A DNA stretch of 63,324 bases, the filler included, from Hyphochytrium catenoides (lineage: Eukaryota > Protista > Hyphochytriomycota): NCBI GenBank assembly GCA_900088475.1. It is 5 parts of 5 records of this genome, joined end to end, with 100 filler letters (N's around TTAATTAATTAA, not from the genome) between each part and the next. Parts side by side here need not be neighbours in the genome. Positions count along the whole stretch, not along the records: positions 1 to 30,937 come from FLMG01002460.1; 4 more parts are not named here. The stretch is one strand, 5' to 3'. A program made the position numbers and the translations under genes. This document shows positions 1 to 12,574 of this stretch, one piece after another (within the stretch, counting starts at the first letter, position 1; every line of letters begins with the position of its first letter). Under the pieces are notes generated by a model, which had not been told where the DNA came from, ran no database searches, and was given only the letters and a program-made list of their open reading frames with translations.

Positions 1-255
1 GGAGAAGTGAGAGGAGAGAAGGGCGATGAGCTGACCAATGCACTCATTACACAGAAGGGAGAGACAGGTAATAGGAGAGGCGGACGTGAAAGGAAGGGAA
101 TAGTTGACGGCAAAGTACGAAGAAGAGCGGATCGGAGACTGGATGAGGATGTGGGGAGAAGATCGGAGGATAGGATTGAGGAGTCGACAGAGTTGAATGA
201 GAGGCAGCGCGGCGCAGAAAGACGGGGCAGCAGAAAGAAGACACCGACGAAGTTC

Positions 256-1778
256 ATGCTCTTCTATTCCTCGTCCAATTCTTCTTCTTCTAGAGATCCT
301 GACACTACGAGTCAAAATCTCATCCTTCTCTCCCCGTGGGTGTGCTGCCTTTCAAGGCGCTAGTCGTCGTCTCTAGTTCTATAGCCAGCGATGGCGCCCG
401 GTAAGTACTGAGCAAGGCGGGCAGCAGGGAAAAGGCAAGAGTGAGTGAGAGAAACCTTGGGATGTCTCTCCGTTCCGCTGTCTTTTGCGTGTCGAGGACT
501 TTTCCCTTGACTCTTGCTCCCCTGTCTCATCACGAACTTTGCCCTATCTTGAAGATGTAGGGCTTCTGGGCGGCTGGGCCCTTGGGATTGCAATCCCTCT
601 CTTTCTCTTTCTGTGCGCTGTAGGCACGCTGGCCAGCCACTGCATGGTTCGCAGTGCTCTGCAGGAGCAGGATCTGAACGCTTTTATCGCCAAGCTCTCT
701 GTCACCATCGCAGGAGCTTTCCAGGGCATATGTGGGATATGGTAGAGTCTCTCTCTCGCCTTTCACACTCTTCTCAGTGTTTCTCTCTCTCCCTGGCCTC
801 ATCACTTAACTTCCTATGCCTTTTCTGTCTCTGTCTGTCGATCACCTCTTACAATATCCCTTCTTCTATCTCTCTCTTTCCCTCTCTCTCTCTTTCNNNN
901 NNNNNNNNNNNNNNNNNNNNNNNNNNNNNNNNNNNNNNNNNNNNNNNNNNNNNNNNNNNNNNNNNNNNNNNNNNNNNNNNNNNNNNNNTCTCTCTTTCTC
1001 TCTCTCCCCTCTCCTCTCCTGTCTTCTCAATCTATATCTTTAATTGCGCCATACCTCTCTCTCTAGGTCTTCCTGCTTCTGTCACTCTTCCCTCTACCTG
1101 TCGCCATTACCTGCCCCCTCTCAATCCATCTGCCTCTACACCTCGGCGTTTAAAAGCACCGCCAGCTCAACTCATCGTGCTTTCTACCGTCATCCTTAGG
1201 GCTTTGGAGGTTCTCGCAGTGCTGACAGTCTTTGAGCCTCAGGCCGTGAACATCCTCCTCATCGTCTTCGCTCTTCTCTTCTCTTTCGCGGGAGCCACTC
1301 TAGTTGTCAGACAAGTCATTCTCTTTCTCTCCTCAGAGGATGCGATATGGTGAGATGACCATGAGGAAACAAGGAAGGAGGCGGACCTGGGATGCTTTTT
1401 CGTCTCCCTCTCTTCTCTCTCTCTCTTTCTCTCGTCTTGTCTGCCTCTCCCTCTCGCGTCTCGTCTCCTCTCGTCTCGTCTCGTCTCTCTCTCTCTCTTG
1501 TTCACTTGGCCTCCCTCCTTCCATCTGTATCCCTTTGGTTCTCCCCCTCCTTTGCTACCTCGTTGCTCTCTCTCTCTCTCCATCTCTCTCTCTTTTCACA
1601 CTCTCTCTCGCTTTCGTTGGCTCACAACTTCTGTTTTCTTCACTTCTCCTCCTCCCATTAACTTATCGGTGCTTCAGCGACGACGTCAATGAGGAAAACA
1701 GTTGGAGCGTGATCAAGGCCTTGCTGCAGAGAAGCGCCTTGAAGATGTTCCTGATCGCCGNNNNNNNNNNNNNNNNNN

Positions 1779-1816
<38 letters not shown>

Positions 1817-2300
1817 CTTTTCTCTCTGTGTCTCTCTCTCCTTTTCTCTACGGCTGTATATATATCTCTGTCTCTGTCTCTCGGCACTCGATACCTCTCT
1901 CTCTGTATCTCTCTCTCTGTATCTCTCTCTCTGTCTCTCTCTCTCTCTCGGCACTCGATATCTCTCTCTCGGGTCTCTCTCTTTCTCTCTTCTTCCTCCT
2001 TTATCTAACCCGTGATCACCCAGTGCTCAGCGCTGTGGGGGATATCGACTTCCTGGTGAAGCGCCTGGTACTCTTCCCTGTGGCGGCTGTCTTGGGCCTC
2101 ATCTTCCAGTTTCTGTCAGTCACCATCTTCGCCCTCTTCCCTTTCCTAAAGAAGGGAAACTTGGCCGCACTGTGCACTGCCGCAGCGCTCATGAGTCAGA
2201 TTTTCATAGGTTAGTTCCGTCTTCTCTTTCCGATGTTTTCTCTTCTCTCTCTCTCTCTTTTTCTCTCCCCTTCCGATGTCCTCTCTCTCTTTCAGATGTC

Positions 2301-2339
<39 letters not shown>

Positions 2340-2419
2340 TCTCTGTGTCTCTCTCTCTCTCTCTCTGTGTGTCTCTCTCTCTCTCTGTGTCTCTCTCTGT
2401 CTCTCTCTGTCTCTCTCTG

Positions 2420-2454
<35 letters not shown>

Positions 2455-3729
2455 CCCCCCTCTCTCTCCCTCTCTCTCTCTTTCTCTCTCTGTCCTCTTA
2501 TTCTCTCTCTCTTTCTCTCTCTGTCCTCTTATTCTCACACCTTCATTCTCTCTCTATGGCACGAACCCACTGGAGGAACAGGTACACACAGATCTCCCTC
2601 CGAAGTCCCTTCCCTTCCGTCTCCTTCATCAATGCACATCAACAGCGCCCAATGCCTGGGCCTGGTCGCCGTGATCGTCTGCTGGGTGACGCTCAGCGGC
2701 TTGTTAGCCACCTCCTTCACCGTCCAGAAGATAAGGCGGCACTTGGAAGAGAGTCTGTTGAAAGCACGGGGTCAGATCATGATGAACCAGTTTGATATGA
2801 TTGCCAACGCCAGGATGCAGGTCAGGAAGAGAGAGAAAGATACGGACAACCGAGAGATATTGGCGCCCAGGGAGAGTGGAGAGAAAAATGAGTAGGAAAG
2901 AAGGATAAGAAAGAGAGAGAGACAAGGACAGAGGAAGCTCTGGGCAATTACGGATATTCTGTTACCGATCCACATTGTTCTCTCTCTGTGTCTTGTTCTC
3001 TCTCTCTGTCTCTCTCGCTTCCTACTTCTTTTCACTTCATCTAAACAGCATTCTCTTCTTCTCTCTTGCGTCCTTTTCTCTCTTTCTATCTCCTTCTCTA
3101 CCTGGTCAGCGCTTTGTCCTGGCCTGCCGCCCTCAGCCTTCGAACTGGATGTACATGTACGGAGACCTGGCCGCTGACGACGTGGTGACACTGGAAGAAG
3201 TTCTTATGAACCCTTTCACGGCAGAGGTAAACCCCGGGGCTCTACCGATAGTCACGCACAGCTCTTCTTCTTTCTCTCTTTTTCACTCTCTCGTTCTATT
3301 TCTTTCTTTCTCTCTCTCTTTCTATTTCTCTCTTTCTCTCTCNNNNNNNNNNNNNNNNNNNNNNNNNNNNNNNNNNNNNNNNNNNTTTCGGTCTCTCTCT
3401 TTTCTCCTCTCTCTCTCCTTTATCCCTTTCCTCACTCTCTTTCCGCCCTCTCTCCGCGTTTGTGGGTGTGAGCGTACGGGCTTTCTCCCTCTTCTTCTCG
3501 TCGCTCTCTCTCTCTCTCTCCGTCCCTTCTCTATCTTGTCCATTGCGTTGCTCACCTTTGTCATTGTTTCTAACTTCCTTCCCCTCTCACACCTGTATGC
3601 AGGTCTTTAAGGACTTCCTCGTGCAGGAGAGGAGTTGGGAGAACCTTGTCTTCTACCAGCAGCTCACTTACCTGAAGGCGTACCATGAGAAGCACATGCT
3701 GTCAGAGGCGGAGGTTGTTCTCTTCTCTG

Positions 3730-3761
<32 letters not shown>

Positions 3762-5185
3762 TCATGTGTGTTCCTTTCCTCTTCTCCAAGCGCTTCTTTC
3801 CTCTTCTCGAAGCGGACATCTTGTCTCCATCTTCTCTCTTCTTTATCCTCCCTTCCTCCGTCGCTTGCACCACCGCGCACTTCCTCTCTCATTTCCTTTT
3901 TCTTTCCTCTGTTTCTCCTATTGTCCGCCCAATGGCCGAGACAGATCCAGAGCAAGCTCTTCCGCTTTGCAGAGACGTTCATCTTCGAGAACGCAAAGTT
4001 CCAGATCAACATCTCTGATCGGTTCCGCACGACAGTCCAGTCAAAGCTGACTAACACCTCGAGGGAACAGCTGCAAACCATTGGATTCTCAGTCTTTGAC
4101 GAGGTGGCGACGGAGGTGGTGAAGCTGCTGAAGAACGATTCTTTCTCTCGGTTCAAGAAGTCAGCGGACTTTCCAATCTGCAGAGGCTTAATCCACCAGA
4201 TGAGGTCCATGGAGAAGAAGAAGGAGAAGATCAAGGACTCATTGAGAGCTAGTGCAGGTCTCTCTCTCTTTCTGTGCCTTTACCATGTGCTATCTTTCCG
4301 TCACTTCTACTCTTACTAGTTCTATCTCTCGGGTGTACTGCTTTGTGGTGGACAGTTGGGCCGTCTCTCGACGTGTCTTAAAGGAATATATACTATGAGC
4401 TACTGCTCTCCTCTCTTCTCTTTCTCTCTCTCTCTCCCCGCTTCTCAATTACTCACGTTGCCACTTGTCTTCTGTCAACGCCACAGCAGCCTCAAAGAGA
4501 TCAATGGCCTCACAGAGGCGGTCAAGCAAGCTTGCGCCTCAAGTAGAGGAAGTGGGAGAGGTAAGCCTCTTCTTTCTCCTCCCTTGCCCCTGTGTCTCTC
4601 TCTCTCTCAGCCTTATCCTCTCCACTGCTCTTTTATTTATCTTTTCTTTTTCCCATGTTAGCATCGGATGAGTGTCCAAGACCTAGCGGACGAGGTGGAT
4701 GCACTCTCCGCCGCTACGGAACAACTGAAGACCGTCCTGAGTATGGACAAGTCACCTCTCCAAGTGGACACGCAGCGACTCGAGGAAGGAAAAGGTCTAC
4801 CAGTCAAAAGCGCGTCCAACTTCTTCCACTCGAACGGAGCCACCACTCTTGGCAGCAGCCAAAGGACTTCCTCAGGGGCAAAGCCACCCGCTGAGACACT
4901 TCCCAGTGTCAGACAAGATGATTCAGAGACAGCTGGACAGAGGCAAGGGTCTCACGGGGATCAGAAGGCAGGGACTATCGTAAGGTTAGTCAGACTCACT
5001 TACGGTCTACTTCTCTCTCTCTCTCTCTCTCTGTGATCGTCCTCTCTTCTCTCTCCGTTTCTGTCCTTCGACTGTCTAACTGACACATCTTCGGCAGACA
5101 AGTCGTCCAAGTTCTCCCGCAACCAGACAAAGAGGCCATCGTACAGGGACCTGCAGTGTCCACTCTTGATAAGCAGTCGATGTAA
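256..5185 (+). CDS. Multi-exon 7TM-RGS protein (about seven hydrophobic helices, then an RGS domain)
   Basis: GT-AG exons splice in phase. TM segments include LLGGWALGIAIPLFLFLCAV, NILLIVFALLFSFAGATLVV, LVLFPVAAVLGLIFQFLSV and CLGLVAVIVCWVTLSGLL. RGS motifs follow: LEEVLMNPFTAEVFKDFL..RSWENLVFY, FQINISD, VFDEVATEVVKLLKNDSFSRF. First and last exon boundaries are uncertain and there are N gaps inside introns. Confidence 0.85.
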
Positions 5186-5786
5186 AAGAGCAACTAAATA
5201 GCTTCTATAACACGGTGTCCAGCCATGCCTTGCATGACCTGTGGATCCTCATTATTCTGACTCTCTTTACTGCTTCCTCTCTGTGCTATTCGTGAGACGT
5301 GGCTCTGCAGCGACATGATTGCTCCAGATCTGCTTCTGAACGAATGGCTCTGCGCTGCAGTGCCTTAGAGACTTCAATCTCTCCACTCTCTTTCCATAGC
5401 AAATGCCTAATGATGTGACCTTTTGCACAAAGCCAGGCCCGTTGTGGGGCACAGCTCTACACTGTTGAGCGTTCTTTCTCCTTTAGCTAAGATCTCTTTC
5501 CCACTCCGTCAGGAGCTGTCACCAGCCTTGATTCACTATCAGACGTCGATCTATCCTTGCCTGTCGCATTATTCTCTATCCTGCGGCACTTGTAGACGGA
5601 GGAGGTCTAAGACCACGAGGTGCCCAGTTATCCGCAACGGACGCTTATGGTGTTGCCTCCCTTTTCCTTCTCTTCTACCTCCCGAGATCTGCTTCTCTGC
5701 TCTCTCTCTCGCTGAGCTGCCTGCTCATTGTCTCCATTTGACACCATGCTGTCGCGTGTATTCAGTCCGTTAGTTGCAGACCTCAG

Positions 5787-6380
5787 TCAGGCGGGACCAT
5801 CCTCTCGCGAAAGTGCAGTTATGGCAGAAGTCTCGATGGTCTGCTCCCAGTTCTCACCGTCAAAATCAACGTATTCCACCTCTTTAACAGTGCCCCGGTC
5901 CAGGCAGTGCACCGTCACAGCCACGCCATCAGGATTGGAGCGTGGGATGTAAAAGGGACAGATGCCGCACCGCCTGCAAAAGAAGTGCTTGGCGGTGTGG
6001 GTGCCGAACGTATACAGCGAGAGGGGGAACCAACGTCCAGTTGCCTCCGCAGCCGCTATCTTTTGGACAAGAGTGCGGGCAAAGGGAGAAGCTGTCGGTG
6101 CAAGTCTAAAAGCGGCGTTGGCTGGGGTACGGGAAGATGTGGGGTCAGGATCTGTCATGTCTGTCTCAACCTTGACGCCAGAGCCATCGAACAGCTCCAG
6201 AGAAAAAGAAGATGCAGGGACAACGACATGGTGGTTTTGCTTCATAGTGCAGATGGTGCAGTTGCACCTCCAGGCAGTGAGACGGGCAGGCGCCTTCATC
6301 TTGAACTGGACGGCGCCACAGTGGCAACCCCCTTTGTGCTCCGCCAATCCGTCATCTCCATTCTTCACGTCGTCACTCAT
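5787..6380 (-). CDS. CENP-V/GFA family Zn-binding protein
   Basis: Intronless ORF with HKGGCHCGAVQF, CNCTIC, HFFCRRCGICPFYIPRSNPDG and FDGENWE motifs. Confidence 0.92.
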   Translation of the reverse strand: MSDDVKNGDDGLAEHKGGCHCGAVQFKMKAPARLTAWRCNCTICTMKQNHHVVVPASSFSLELFDGSGVKVETDMTDPDPTSSRTPANAAFRLAPTASPFARTLVQKIAAAEATGRWFPLSLYTFGTHTAKHFFCRRCGICPFYIPRSNPDGVAVTVHCLDRGTVKEVEYVDFDGENWEQTIETSAITALSREDGPA

Positions 6381-7212
6381 CCTTCTTCGCCTCTACTCTT
6401 GAAAGCAAGCAAGCGCGCGGACAGCGCTGCGGGCTGTGGCGTGCGCAACAGGGAGACCGGTGATTCCAGCGGCAATTCCGAAAAAGACGGCGGCACTTGT
6501 TTATGGAGATAATGGGAGTGGACCTCCAACGTCTGTTTCTGCTCGCTCCCTGATCTGACGCATGGGCTCGCATTAGACCTGAGCGCTTTCTCCCTCCGCC
6601 AACCCCGGACTGACAGACCGCTTGTCTCTCAATGGACTGGGCCTTTTATGATGGGGAAGCCAGAGCTTTATTGGATCTTCATGAAATTCATGATGTTCAA
6701 GCAGTTCCGATGATTTGCTCCTGTCGGTGCATCAGTTACTTACCCCGATAATAGGCTAGTTATCATATCAGTTCTGTCCTCCCCCTGGAATGCTTCTCAA
6801 GGATTGAGAATCAACGGAGACCTGGCGCCCTTCCACCACCCACCACCCAACTCGGCGCGGCTGTATCTCTATCTTGAGAGAGCATGGTCTCCTACTTCCT
6901 CCTGATGAATGGAGCGAAGCCGCTTTGAACGTTGCTTGATCAGATGAGGAAGGCACAGCCTCTTCTTCTGCCAGCCTGGGCCACGGAAGCTAATGGCAAA
7001 CCCAACGGGAGCGTCTATCTTCCAGCATCTGACGTCTGTCTGAAAATTGCCTTGGCGCCATTATGCTCGTGACACGCATATGCAACAGCAGGCTCGCTCT
7101 GTGCAAACATCTCCTACAGGTGCCGGGGTAGCGCGATATACTAAGGTGGAATGGGGTCACACCTCAACGCTTTGTCGACCAGTTCCTCACTTTTTGGCTT
7201 TATAAGCTAACC

Positions 7213-8440
7213 ATGGAGCTGGGTAAGGATGCGGCCCGATCCAGCACAGTGCTCCCACCTCTGCCAGACGTCCTGGCGATTAAAGCAGCAATCACTGAGG
7301 GCTGGGATCATCTCTTCACCCAATATGTGCTCACTCAAGGCCGTCAATCGATCTCGTGGGACCAGGCGGCTCTTGAGTCCTTCAGCGACCTGCATTCGCG
7401 GTCCTTCTCGATCCTATGCTGCCTTCAGCGCCTATACAAGGTGAGATAAGAGGCAAAAGGAGGGCCGTATGCTACTCTCTAGTGTGTAACTCGCAGAGAC
7501 TAACGGCGGGCCGTTATGCCTCAGGCTATCGAGTTAGTTCCAGCGCCTGAGCTAACTATTCATATCATTGGCGCAGACTTCCGTGAAGGGCAATCCCCGG
7601 CCGAGACTCTTCAGGTAAAACGGCAGCCCAGAGCATCTCTGGAGGAGAGGCTAGTGCTAATTGTACCAATCTTCCTAAAGGTCTTCGAGGCGTTGATGAA
7701 GGTTCTGCATGGAGTAACAGCAGTGGAAAGGTTGACTCTCGCACTTGTTGGGCCCAATGTCAGCACAAAGCTCCACAGAGAAGCTTATGACTTTGCTTAC
7801 ACTCCTAGTGACCAAAAGGAGCCCTGTCGCCAGCTGAATGTCTCTCTTCAGTACTTCAGCGACCTCTACACTATTTTTTGCGATACGGCAGACATCGCTG
7901 ATCGTCCTCATCTATGCTGCCTCTTTGATGCTGGAGTCTGGGGTTATGACTCTTGGCGACAAACCATCCAGCTAATCTGTAAGTCTCTGAAGTGCCCGGC
8001 AACCCTTATTACAAGCTACAATGAGCACGAGGTGCGAAATCTTCTTAACTCCTACCTTGTCTAATAATGGCGTACGCATTCGGTATCTCCCGCTAGGTGG
8101 CTAATTCAGTGCCCTAGTGGGTCAAAGAGAGTGCAATAGGCATACGAGAGCTTTATAGTTAGATGCCGCTCCGTTCATGAGCGTTCCGTCTTGGTGGCTC
8201 TCGGACATTTGTTCGCTATGCTTCAGGAGGAGTCGGCTAAAAACGACTTACCCTCTTCGTATCTTCTTCTCATCTACACAGGCTATGGACGATGCTGATG
8301 TGCTTGAAGATTATGAGATCTCCATATCGTGGCACTGGGGACCTCAAAGGAATCCTTTCGGGTCGCGGTTGCAGCGGAAGAGTGGCGCCGTGAGTGGTCG
8401 TACTCTAGCAGACAACGCCTTCTGGCAGTGCATATTCTGA
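7213..8440 (+). CDS. MSS51/ZMYND15 C-terminal-domain-like protein
   Basis: Spliced exons give IHIIGAD, LALVGPNV, PHLCCLFDAGVWGYDSW, ITSYNEHEA.DD, PQRNPFGS and DNAFW. Confidence 0.72.
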
Positions 8441-8981
8441 GTACTTCGCGATAGACATGTCTTTAGTGTAGATAGCCGGTGCAGCAATTTTTCATTTTTG
8501 TCTCCCATTTTGTTTTAAAACACTACATTGTCTAACTAGTTCAAGGGTCCGACATAGTGCTATCAAAAATGATTGCAACTGCTTTGGATTAGATTGACTC
8601 TTGACGGCTTGACGGCCTCTCCTGCCACGGGCTATAAATTCTTCTTCCTGTGTACCATTCAGCGGTTTTGTCGTGGGGAGTATAGCAGGTATAGCTCACC
8701 AGCACCAGCTTTCCCAAGCACAGCCCTCAACCCATTAAGCTCATAGGCATTGAGAAATGGAGGCGAGAGACTAGGGACCGCAAAAACAGCTTGCTACTTC
8801 TTTGACCAGCATCTCAAAGGATGTCGGAGAAGCAGAAGATTCGGTCCTTCATTAGCGCAATTTGATTGAGAAGTAACCTTAGTAAAGTTGGCTTACTAGT
8901 CACCAGTGCCCAGGCCAAACTCAACTATGTGACCTACTACTGCTAGGTATCCCGGTACACACCAGCCCGCTCTTGATCTAG

Positions 8982-11900
8982 GTACTGCTGCTCGAATCGC
9001 TGAGGGCCGATAGCCTAGACGTGCATAACGGCGTTGCTTCGCTGGAGATCCACAGAGACCTGGCAGTAGTGGAAAAGGTCAGCTGCTTCTTTAGAAAGTC
9101 AGGGAGCTCACCGTCCCCCAGAGATCTCTAACGTTCTCCTCTTCTAATTATCCCAATGTAGTTCGACTGTATGAATGAATCTCATCGTGGCCCTCAACAA
9201 TTATTTCTCCCTAGCGACCATGCTAAAAGCGTCATGGAAAGTAGCCTGTGAGCTCGGTCGGGGAGGAGTTTATGTCCAGCTCCGGCATGGTCATCTCAGA
9301 TGATCCGCTCCTATAGATAGCCTACAGGAGGAGGATTGCACCAAGGAAGATCTGAAGCCATCATCAATCATCACACAAACACTTGTTCGCCATCAGCCAT
9401 CAAATCACGACAAAGAATCAAGAAGTCGAACGGTTGATTCTTTGATTTATGATAACTATTGTGGGATTGTAACAGCTTTTGGGGGTTGTGGGTGTGATGA
9501 TCATAGCTCCTCCCGTGGAGCAGTCAGGAAGTGCACTGGTCAGCCCTTCCCTTCCGTCATCCACTGAGTCACCTCCCAGCCAATTTGCCCAGTTGCTTCT
9601 TCTTTTTAGCAGGGGTAGTAGCGCCCATCAACACCACTTGGAGGCCCACGGGCTTCTTGAACAGTGGCACTCTTATTTCCCTCGGCTCTGTGAGATCGGG
9701 AGCTCTCTACAGCCGCACCATACCTTCTTGGCTGTTTCTTTGGGCGCTGGTGATTGGCGTCAACTCCCATGCCTAGTTTGAACGCCTCAGGCGGCGTGAA
9801 AGCACTGTACATGCGAAGTCATTGTTCTACACATTGAGCTTCTGAGGGAAGGATGTGGGACCCTGGGCCTTCCTCTCCGGTGCGATCAGGGGCTCGAGAC
9901 CAAGGCAGGTATACGCTTCAAATTGAGGCCTCCAAAGGTGTTGCTCCGCACGGTAAGTAGTGTTCCTTACCTTCATCCACGTAAAGTGCGTATTTGACGG
10001 AGAGGCACGACTTTAACTTTAGGGGCGTCGTCGAGCCACCGACGAGGTAAAGGAGGGATCACAAGTGGGGCTGCATTTAATGGTGATGAAAGCCAGCGGC
10101 ACGAGAGAGAAAGGAAGAAGCTTGATTATGCCCTCGCACTTCAGCATCAAATGCAGGAAAAGGCTCAGATGAGAGAGGAGACCCAGCGTCCGATTGACGT
10201 ATCACAGAGTAGTCAAAAGGAGGTAATGCCTTTAGGAGGCAGTAGTAGTCCAGCTATGATCATCCTTAGTCCCCTTTAAGCTCACTTAGACCCACATGAA
10301 CCCTGGCGTTTCCTCCCTTCTTGAGTCTAAAATGGAATGGGTAGGTCATACTTATGCCCTAAACTTCTTTCTCTTTCTTCGCTCACACAGAGGGACAGCA
10401 GCTGGCGAGTGCAGAGTGACTCACAAAAGCAGTAAGTTTAAATTTCGTTTTCTGATCAGTGCAAGGAAAGAAGAGGCATAGTCTCGACAACGCCACGCCC
10501 TTTCTTACTTTCCTTATCATGCCAGACCTGTGAAGGATCCGTACTTCCAAAGAACAAGCCCACAGAGCCCTTACCGGTTTGCCCGATACCGTCATAGTCA
10601 CAGCTCACCCGAGGAGAAAGACAAGGTTAGGGAAAGGCTGCAGGCGCAAAGAGAGCTCTACCTCGCACTGGAAGAGCAAGTCAGACAGAAGAAGATGAAC
10701 CAAACAGCAGATCGCAACCAGCACTTCTCACGATTTACCTCTAGCCACGCTGGTTCGTCCGCAACCAGGTATAAAACTATCTTTTTATCTTGTTCCTATT
10801 TGGCGGCTTCTTCTGACATTACTGGTCTGTAGCCCTCAAGCCCTGCGCGGCAGCAGTTTGTTAGCGCAAGCTGTTGCGCCATCTTCTACAGCACAAATGC
10901 AATCTCAAAGTTTAGCATCATCGGCGACAATGCCTCCACCTAGCCTTTCCTCTCCTTATTATGGCGCTGTATCAGAGGCTTCAACGAACTTTATGACAAT
11001 GCCTCCTGGAAGTTATATAGCTCCTTCTCCATCTGTGATGCCGTATGACATTGGGTTTCCGCCTCTCGCGCAGCCCTTCATGGCACCAATGCCCTCGCCA
11101 GGTGAGAAACAACAACAAGGAGCAGCAGACGAGGGCAGCGTGTCCATCTCACACGTTACGTCATTTCTAATTCTTCTCCTGGGTCTCTGCCTCCCGTCAT
11201 TGTAGTGGCCCTGGGAGCTCCACATAGCTTTGCCTACCAGATCGCATCAATGGAGTCGCAAAGGGTGAAAGAGGTAGGACAACCCCACCGAGTCAAGTTA
11301 GAGAGAATGATCAAAGCTCCTTAGAGGTGTAGCGTATAAGGAATACATGCCGAGCGGCGCCGGGTGGAGATTGAAGTGATCGCAGAACTGGCTCCCCTTG
11401 GGAGAGAGGAAGATAGCATGTCAAGCTTCTACACCGCCTTTAGGTTAAGCTCTAACCCAAGAACTTATCTGTGCAGATGCTGACTAAAGAACAGCTTATC
11501 CTTCGTGAGCACTTGCGAACGCAAGAAGAACTACTGGGCAAGTTGATGGAACAGGTAGTAGCCTCCTCACCTCTAAGATCTTTCACAAGTTTATCCCTTC
11601 TTCGCCTCCTCGCCCCCTCTTCTTATAAAATATGCCGTATGCGACCACAACTGAATACTTTTTCCGCTATCCAAGGTGGACAGCGTACGGCGCGAGAAAC
11701 TCCTGGCTTTAACCAAGGCCAATATCCGGGTATGAGGTTCAAGCCGCGGCCGTGCCAATGCCGAGGAAGTGAGTGCTAATATCGTCCTTGCGATTGTCCG
11801 CAGGAGAAAGCTAGGGAGGCTGAGTTGCGGAGGCTCGAGAATGAGATTCGGGCACAGCCAGCATCGTTTCATAGGCCTAAAGGAGATTATGGTACGGGCG

Positions 11901-12073
11901 ACCTATCAACCTCTTCCCTACGTAGCCCTGAGCAGCCAGAGCCAACCGGTTCTGGTTTGAAGCACAAACAGCTCCCTTCAGCGGGGCAGTTGGGTCCAGA
12001 CGAGCTGGATGAGATGCTAGTGAGCTTCGTAGAGAGAAGAGGAACATGGGGCACATCTCTTGGAGAAGCCTAG
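8982..12073 (+). CDS. Multi-exon coiled-coil/low-complexity protein with CCDC66/CSPP1-like motifs
   Basis: Exons bounded by GT-AG encode RKKLDYALALQHQMQEK and RELYLALEEQVRQKK, a Pro-rich middle and a coiled coil (EQLILREHLRTQEELLGKL). The 5' end could not be resolved. Confidence 0.5.
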
Positions 12074-12574
12074 GACGCATTCCAACGGAAAGGACTGTGT
12101 GTGCTTCAAGGGATAGCAGTCCACTTGGATCTTTTAGATGAGACGCGATAGCCGTGTGCCAAGCTTATGGAAAGACTAGATCCAGCAAGAGGAAGATAAG
12201 AAAGACGGGACCGGGAAGAGTGACTTGTTAGTATTCGTCAAGGCTTCCATAGGTAGCAGTAATGGGTGAGAGCTGCGATCGCTCCCAAGCCTTCCATCAC
12301 GACCAGCGAGAGAGAGGTGTTCGTGAGAGGAAGGGGCGTAGGTATATATGTGTGTGTGTGTGCAAAGCTCCTTTTTTATATAGCCAGGAACGCCTAACAT
12401 TGAATTTTATTCACCTGAGGGAAGCATCCCTCAAGCAACATCCATTCCATTCGTCACAAATGTTTGAGAGTAGAAAAGGCAGAGCCTCAGCTCGTCCCTC
12501 TCTTCTCCACTTTCTCGTTCCTTATTAGGAGATATCTGGGCTTCGAGTCCATAGCGGGAAGAAGCAGCTAGAGC

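Noticed and set aside
1239-2674. Many long SL-rich and RE-rich ORFs (also 18237-18556, 40478-41452, 47462-47902)
   Set aside because: They are translations of (CT)n/(GA)n microsatellites in introns or intergenic DNA.
8757-8871. TAG-to-Gln reassignment suggested by the protein-like frame MEARD*GPQKQ...VLH*RNLIEK
   Set aside because: No in-frame TAG occurs in any conserved gene, and CBWD, VPS29 and p24 end at TAG at the expected positions, so the standard code fits.
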